In this document: positions 58,364-64,000 of the stretch, piece by piece
How the letters are laid out: each line of letters opens with the position of its first letter
Position numbering within the stretch: the first letter of the stretch is position 1
Source of the DNA: Theionarchaea archaeon
GTDB lineage: Archaea; Methanobacteriota_B; Thermococci; Methanofastidiosales; SZ-28-30
Reading direction: 5' to 3'
NCBI GenBank assembly: GCA_018992685.1
Contig: JACVGT010000011.1
Location: 64,001 to 128,000 of the forward strand
DNA length: 64,000 nucleotides
Made by a program: the position numbers and the translations under genes
Notes under the pieces: model-generated
Database searches by the model: none
The model's input: only the letters and a program-made list of their open reading frames with translations
Told to the model about the DNA's origin: nothing

Positions 58364-59005
58364 GTGAAGGACGTTAATAAAGAAGGGAAAGAAGGCCTTG
58401 TAAGGGAAATACTAGAGGGAGGCGACCTCACGGAAGCAGATATAAAGGAGCAACTGAAGAGAAGGGGGATTTCCTTCGTGAAGAGGTACAACCAAAAATA
58501 TTCAGCTCTCGTATTGGTGTCCGTTGTCGTCTGGCTTCTCCCCACCCTCGCTAAAGTTTCTGGCCTGAGCGCCTTGGAGGGCCTCTCTCAGTTGACAAAG
58601 ATACGTTTTCCCGTGCCCGTATTAGTCGTCTCTGTAGCCCTGTTTGTGATAGCACTGGTTATTGAGGTCAAGGTCGTCTCCATGAGGTCGAGGCTCGGAG
58701 GATTAGATGACGCCCACGAGTCCCTTGTCATCATCAGGGAGGGACCGTACGCCGTCATAAGGCACCCAGGGTACCTTGCGGAGGTGGTTTACTTCACTCT
58801 CTTACCAGTGGTACTGAGCGAGTGGATAAGCTTTACCATACTTGCGATCGTCCACATCGCCGTAGTCTTAGTCAGTTTCTCATACCTCATTCGCGTCGAG
58901 GACAATTTTAACGTAGCGAAATGGGGCGATGAATACCGGCGTTACATGGACGAGCTACCTGCTATTAACTTTCTCAATTGGCTATGGAATTACTTTAAAA
59001 AGTGA
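58364..59005 (+). CDS. ICMT/PEMT-family membrane methyltransferase
   Basis: EGPYAVIRHPGY; ED...KWGDEYRRY. Confidence 0.8.
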   Translation: MKDVNKEGKEGLVREILEGGDLTEADIKEQLKRRGISFVKRYNQKYSALVLVSVVVWLLPTLAKVSGLSALEGLSQLTKIRFPVPVLVVSVALFVIALVIEVKVVSMRSRLGGLDDAHESLVIIREGPYAVIRHPGYLAEVVYFTLLPVVLSEWISFTILAIVHIAVVLVSFSYLIRVEDNFNVAKWGDEYRRYMDELPAINFLNWLWNYFKK

Positions 59006-59105
59006 TGAAAACCTGAATTTCTTTTCAGAGAATTTTCTGTCGAACCCACACAAAACCGTTGATGTAGAAAAATATATTAATAAGACACTATGAAGAAGAA
59101 TCACG

Positions 59106-59900
59106 ATGTTCGGTCGACTACTTCGAAATAAAACGGGAAATGTCAGAACATATTGGAATCTGTTCATACTGGCCTTCTCCGTGTTGGCAGTAATTGTCTT
59201 GAATCGCATAATCCTGATACTGATTGGTCTACTCAATGATACCACCAGCTCGCAGATAATTTCAGGTATCATGGACCTAGTAGCAGTAATAGGGTTGATA
59301 TATGTGCTTACAACCAAGTTAGACAGAAGAGATTTCAGCTGGGCTGAAATCGGCTTGTCACGGAACCTCAACATATTCATCTTTTTCGGCGGAGGCGTAA
59401 TCCTTGGCGGGTTTCTGGAACTCTTCTCCTGGGGGCTGGGCATCGCACGAGGGGCTGTTGAAATGCCCATGATGCCAAGTATTGTCCCAATTGCAGTCTT
59501 GGCAGGAACAACCGCAGCTATGTTAAATAGCTTCTGGCAGGAAATCGCATTCAGGGGGTATCTGCAAACGAGGTTCGTGGAGAGTTATGGCGCAGTAATT
59601 GGAATTCCAGTGGTCGCTGTTTCCTTCGTCCTCCTTCATCTATTGTTTCGTCCACTGTCACCACTTGAAGTATTGACTGGCATCATTCTGTTTCTTCTCG
59701 TAGGGTTACTGTACCATCTGACACGGTCTCTTTATCTAGTTGGCGCACTACATGGAACTCTGAACTATATCCCGATCCTGCTGGAAAAATGGTCACAACC
59801 ATTAGACAGAGCAATCGTGTACGGACTCGCACTGGGGTTAGTGCTCCTGTTAGCACACGTACTGCGCAGAAACAAAGATAAAGCTAGAGATCTCAAGTAG
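59106..59900 (+). CDS. CPBP (Abi/CAAX) family intramembrane protease
   Basis: QEIAFRGY (EExxxR variant), FVLLH, HGTLN. Confidence 0.8.
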   Translation: MFGRLLRNKTGNVRTYWNLFILAFSVLAVIVLNRIILILIGLLNDTTSSQIISGIMDLVAVIGLIYVLTTKLDRRDFSWAEIGLSRNLNIFIFFGGGVILGGFLELFSWGLGIARGAVEMPMMPSIVPIAVLAGTTAAMLNSFWQEIAFRGYLQTRFVESYGAVIGIPVVAVSFVLLHLLFRPLSPLEVLTGIILFLLVGLLYHLTRSLYLVGALHGTLNYIPILLEKWSQPLDRAIVYGLALGLVLLLAHVLRRNKDKARDLK

Positions 59901-60155
59901 AGATCGAATTTCCTGATCTGCAGGGTTTCTTTTCTGTCTCCCGAACCAACTATTAGAGGTTTTTCTTTGGATCTTTTGTCGAGGATTCCGATCTTAAGGT
60001 AATCTCTGATCCCTGCCAATTTGATCTTCGACAGAACTTCTGGTAGGATAAACCCATACCAACCTCTTATTATTAGAGAGAGCTCAAAGATTCTGTTCTG
60101 ACGTTATTCTTCATTCCTCTGACAACTCTTAAGTGCGACCTGATCAATATAGAGC

Positions 60156-61031
60156 ATGAACCCTCTATCCGTAAGATGCATCCTTTTGGTCATTTTGGTT
60201 TTGGGTTGTGTGAGTGCGCCTCCTCCAACTCCAGAGTCTCCAGCACCTGCTACACCAACCTTGACTCCTGCTCCTGGGGTGAACCCTGAAAGAGCCCAAA
60301 ATGCGCCAGGTATCTTTTACTCACACACTGTTCAAGACAATTTCACAATCTATGTCGGACTCCCCAGTAACTATGATCCAGAGAGTTCTGACCAGTATCA
60401 TACCATATATTTGCTGGATGGGGACTGGTATTTTGATGGTTCACACTGGAGAATGCCTGATAATGGTGTCAAGGGGATTGTACGCACTTTAAGTTACCAG
60501 GGGTTGATACCTGAATCCATTGTCGTAGGAATTGGATACCCAGAAGAGAATAATCGGGGGAGGGACTTTCTCTGGGACTACAACAATTTTTATGTATTTT
60601 TGAAAAATGAACTCATTCCGTCCATAGATGAGAATTACAACACTGATGTCACGAGAAGAACATTAATAGGTCACTCAGATGGTGCATTCTTTACGTTACA
60701 TGCCCTTTTCCAGTGTGGTAAGCCAGACAATCCTTTCACGAATTTTATCGCTGTCAGCGGTGATTTCACCAAGGTAAATGGTGTATTGTCTGCTGAGGAG
60801 ATGGCGTTACACCAGCGGAATAGAAGTGTACCTGCTTCATTGTTCATGGCGGTGGGCGGGCAGGAAGAAGAACGGTTCATATCAAGCAACAGGCAAATGG
60901 CAGAGATTCTAGAAAAGAGGGATTACACAGATTTCAGGGTTATCTTTAGGGAGTACTACGGACTGAATCACGGCAACATTGTGAGTGTTGCTATTCAGGA
61001 TGGATTATTATGGATTTTTTCAGATGAATAA
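60156..61031 (+). CDS. Alpha/beta-hydrolase esterase, predicted lipoprotein
   Basis: LGC lipobox, Pro-rich linker, IYLLDGD, IVVGIGY, GHSDGA nucleophile elbow. Confidence 0.85.
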   Translation: MNPLSVRCILLVILVLGCVSAPPPTPESPAPATPTLTPAPGVNPERAQNAPGIFYSHTVQDNFTIYVGLPSNYDPESSDQYHTIYLLDGDWYFDGSHWRMPDNGVKGIVRTLSYQGLIPESIVVGIGYPEENNRGRDFLWDYNNFYVFLKNELIPSIDENYNTDVTRRTLIGHSDGAFFTLHALFQCGKPDNPFTNFIAVSGDFTKVNGVLSAEEMALHQRNRSVPASLFMAVGGQEEERFISSNRQMAEILEKRDYTDFRVIFREYYGLNHGNIVSVAIQDGLLWIFSDE

Positions 61032-61203
61032 TGACTGCCCCCTAGTTCTCAGCATCCTCCTGGTCATGAATGGGCTGATAGGTGACTATGAAATCAATGA
61101 GCCAGTTCTGTTGATAGAGAGCATATCGGGATCTTTTGCCTGCAATTGCCTGTACGATTCCCCAAAGAATTTATCAACGGTCATCATTAAACATTTGATC
61201 ATA

Positions 61204-63081
61204 TCACGAGATTAGAGAGGCTTCTCTGAGCTTCACTTCGACGTCTTCGAGACCAAGGTTGCGTAGTGTTTCTGGTTTTGGCACACCATTCTCGTTCCAG
61301 CCAGCGGCATTAAAATATTCAAGCTTTGACTTCTCAAATGCAGTTCTGTCCAGGGATCTTCCCTTGTCAGGTCCTGAGGGTAATGGCTCCCAGAACCGTG
61401 GCGGAAGCTCATCATCGAGGTTCGGTTTCCATGTGATGTCAGGTCCACCCAGGAGGAGCATAGCCCTCTGCAGCTGTAGAATTCTCAGAGCTTTTTCTTG
61501 ATACCATTCCTCTTCTGTCAGTTCCCATCCTGTTACTGCTTCGTAGAAGTTGAAGATGTCTCTATTATCAAGTGCCATTGCAGCAAAAAAGCAATAGACA
61601 GCTGAGTCTCCCATGATTGAGAACAACTCGCTATGCCTGTGGCCAATCGGGAGATCAGCCCCTGACGTGTGGTCTCCTGCCTGGACTGAACATGCATACG
61701 CAATTGGGTTCGTTGTTACATAGTCTCTTCCACTTCTAATGCCGTGTGCCCCAATAGCTACACCCTTTTCGTGAATAGCATATTTAAGCACATCAAGACC
61801 TTTCATTTCACTAATCTTCACAGCAGCTCGATAGATCCCCTCACTTAAAATATCACCAATTCCCTGTCTCGTGGCTATTCTCTCAGCCAGGGCTGCGAAG
61901 GCTTCAACATCCCCCCACTCAAGAGCTATTCCATCGAGATCCTCTCGTGTGAGTATTCCCTTTTGGTACAGTTCTGCTGCGAATCCGAGAACTGCTCCAC
62001 TCTGAATTCCGCACGAACCCAGCTCGTTACTTACGTAAGAAAGGTATATATTCTTTTCAGGAGTAAATATCCCGAGATTTGTTCCCAAGTAGGATTCAAG
62101 TTCATAATCTGGATTGTCGCATATTGCTCCTTCATACGTTCCATCTTTCAGCACAGAAACCTTGAGGCACGTTGTTGGGCAACCGAAATCTCCCCAATTT
62201 TTTTTGACCCAGTACTTGTCGAATTCTTCTCCTTTGTAACTCTGTTCTTGGTGCCATTCCTCTTGCCAGTTTCTGATGGGTTCTGAACTTGTTTCAGCTC
62301 CAAAATAGTAACCTCCTGCTCCTGTTCCCCAGCGTCTAAACCGTTCACGTTCAAAATTCTTTACTAGAAATTCCTGGACAAGATCTAGAGTCCTTTCTTT
62401 ATCATATACATCTGGTAATGGACCAAACCCTTTCGCCACAAGTGCTTTCAGGTTCTTTGCTCCCATGACCGCCCCATATCCGCCGTAACCTGCAGCATGT
62501 GCATACTTAGAAGTGACAGCGGCTATTCTCGCCTTGTTTTCTCCAGATGGTCCAATATAGAGAAATGAGGGCTCAATTACTTCTCCATACCCCGGTCTAA
62601 TATCTTTGATTTCTTTGAGTGATTCTTTAACAAGAAACCGTACGGTTTCTCTGGCTTTTTTACCCCAGATAGGTGAAGCTTCCTTAATTTCGACGTGGTT
62701 GTCGCATATGAAGAGGTAGCACGGCTGCTCTGCCTTTCCACGTATGATCAACCCATCATACCCTGCGCATTTCAAGTCGATTCCGAATTCGCCTGCTACC
62801 GTCGAGCCTATGACACCATTGCTTTGAGGTGACTTTCCAGAAACACAGATCTTTGTTCCAGGAAAGTATCCTGTCAGTGGGCCTGTGAGTACGAGAAGCA
62901 TGTTTTCTGAGCTGAGTGGATCTACACTTTCCCATGTGCTCCCCAGTATATCCCATAATATCCTTGTAGCCAACCCTCTTCCACCAATATAGTCTCTGAG
63001 AACGCTGTCTGGAACCTTCTTTTCCTTAATAGCTCTACTGGAAAGATCTATTTCCAGAAATTTTCCAGCGTAACCCCTCAT
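61204..63081 (-). CDS. Tungsten-containing aldehyde:ferredoxin oxidoreductase family protein
   Basis: GYAGKFLEIDLS, YIGGRGL, KSPQS, YDGLII.G, GAVMGAKNLKA, YFNAAGW.ENGVP. Confidence 0.9.
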   Translation of the reverse strand: MRGYAGKFLEIDLSSRAIKEKKVPDSVLRDYIGGRGLATRILWDILGSTWESVDPLSSENMLLVLTGPLTGYFPGTKICVSGKSPQSNGVIGSTVAGEFGIDLKCAGYDGLIIRGKAEQPCYLFICDNHVEIKEASPIWGKKARETVRFLVKESLKEIKDIRPGYGEVIEPSFLYIGPSGENKARIAAVTSKYAHAAGYGGYGAVMGAKNLKALVAKGFGPLPDVYDKERTLDLVQEFLVKNFERERFRRWGTGAGGYYFGAETSSEPIRNWQEEWHQEQSYKGEEFDKYWVKKNWGDFGCPTTCLKVSVLKDGTYEGAICDNPDYELESYLGTNLGIFTPEKNIYLSYVSNELGSCGIQSGAVLGFAAELYQKGILTREDLDGIALEWGDVEAFAALAERIATRQGIGDILSEGIYRAAVKISEMKGLDVLKYAIHEKGVAIGAHGIRSGRDYVTTNPIAYACSVQAGDHTSGADLPIGHRHSELFSIMGDSAVYCFFAAMALDNRDIFNFYEAVTGWELTEEEWYQEKALRILQLQRAMLLLGGPDITWKPNLDDELPPRFWEPLPSGPDKGRSLDRTAFEKSKLEYFNAAGWNENGVPKPETLRNLGLEDVEVKLREASLIS

Positions 63082-63620
63082 CCTAAGACCTCCTTCGTGG
63101 TTTTCTCTCCAAGAATGTGGTTGGCAACTTTTCTTGTGAGTTCTTTGGGCGTTGCAGCCAGCATTTTATAGGAAATGCTTTTTTCTCTTGGCAAGAGAGT
63201 TAAAGCGTTCCATCTACCTTCCAGGCATGCTTTGACGCATTGTGGTTCCCCATCACACAAGTCGCATATGACAATGGAGCTACCATCTGGATGGAGGTGT
63301 GGAACCTTCCCTGGGCACGCTGTTATGCATAACCCGCATGCTGTACACGTCTCCACATCTACCTTAACTGCTCCAGTCTGATGGATTACAGAAAGGGCTC
63401 CTTCTGGACAGGCTTCAACGCAGGGATAATCCTCACATTGGAAGCATAAATGGGGAATCTCTATTCCCGGAACAAGCATGAAAACTCTGATTCTTGAAGC
63501 TTCAGGCCAGATTTCCTTTTCGTGGTAGAGTGAACAGGAAATCTCACATCTTCTGCATCCGCTGCAATTCTCATAGGATCGCTCGATCCTAAATTGATCA
63601 TCCTGGTCCATAATACTCAC
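63078..63620 (-). CDS. 4Fe-4S dicluster partner subunit of the AOR-family enzyme
   Basis: CSGCRRCEISC, CFQC...CVEACP, CTACGLCITACP, CDLC..PQCVKAC. Confidence 0.9.
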   Translation of the reverse strand: MSIMDQDDQFRIERSYENCSGCRRCEISCSLYHEKEIWPEASRIRVFMLVPGIEIPHLCFQCEDYPCVEACPEGALSVIHQTGAVKVDVETCTACGLCITACPGKVPHLHPDGSSIVICDLCDGEPQCVKACLEGRWNALTLLPREKSISYKMLAATPKELTRKVANHILGEKTTKEVLG

Positions 63621-63768
63621 TTATTGGATTGAAACATGTGCATTCCACAAAGGAAGATAGGTCAGAAGTCTTTTCTCAGTTAAACCTTATAAATCTATTG
63701 CATCAGTGTCAGGGGATATCTTTAAATTGAAGCAATTCAAGTCTCATCAGAAAACATTGGTGATCTTC

Positions 63769-64000
63769 ATGATAATAGAGACAAGAGATCTGACAAAATA
63801 CTACGGGAAAATCAGAGGAGTAGAAAATCTAAACTTTTCCATTGAAAAAGGCGAAATTTTTGGATTCTTAGGTCCGAATGGTGCAGGAAAAACCACAACC
63901 ATAAGAACGCTTCTTGGATTTCTAAAACCCACGAGGGGAAAGGCTCTCATTTTTGGAGAGAATGTTGAGAAGGAAATTGTGAGGATAAAGGAGAAGACAG
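63769..64000 (+). CDS. ABC transporter ATP-binding protein (3'-truncated by window edge)
   Basis: MIIETRDLTKYYG...GEIFGFLGPNGAGKTT, translated by hand. Confidence 0.85.
   Translation, partial: MIIETRDLTKYYGKIRGVENLNFSIEKGEIFGFLGPNGAGKTTTIRTLLGFLKPTRGKALIFGENVEKEIVRIKEKT

Noticed and set aside
116-63381. Numerous antisense and alternate-frame ORFs in the six-frame track
   Set aside because: They are shadows of well-supported genes.

Overview
Archaeal chromosomal DNA. Evidence: GatD/GatE, a ThiD-ThiN fusion, a Taw2/Trm5-family enzyme, an AOR-family oxidoreductase, BRE/TATA promoters, GGTGA-type RBSs and a DUF835-like domain. A Theionarchaea-like euryarchaeote is my inference only. About 50 CDSs and two tRNAs (CAU, probably Ile2; Glu-UUC). 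Highlights: (1) an apparently complete archaeal RiPP locus at 20.1-25.5 kb, with a 46-aa precursor missing from the ORF track (core CCYNDTDGDYYCCIKTEVL), two paralogous radical SAM/SPASM enzymes, a tandem PqqD/RRE protein and a B12-dependent radical SAM enzyme; (2) a caspase-family (C14) protease fused to a SorC/LsrR-type sugar-binding domain, next to a promoter- and terminator-bounded structured ncRNA candidate of about 190 nt; (3) three near-identical Roadblock/LC7 genes, each paired with a divergent V4R protein, plus a collapsed fourth copy, two copies sharing a conserved upstream element; (4) several other intergenic structured elements, a HemK-HTH/Zn-ribbon in-frame fusion and an internally deleted ABC operon. 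All family calls come from motif recognition by eye; no database searches were run.
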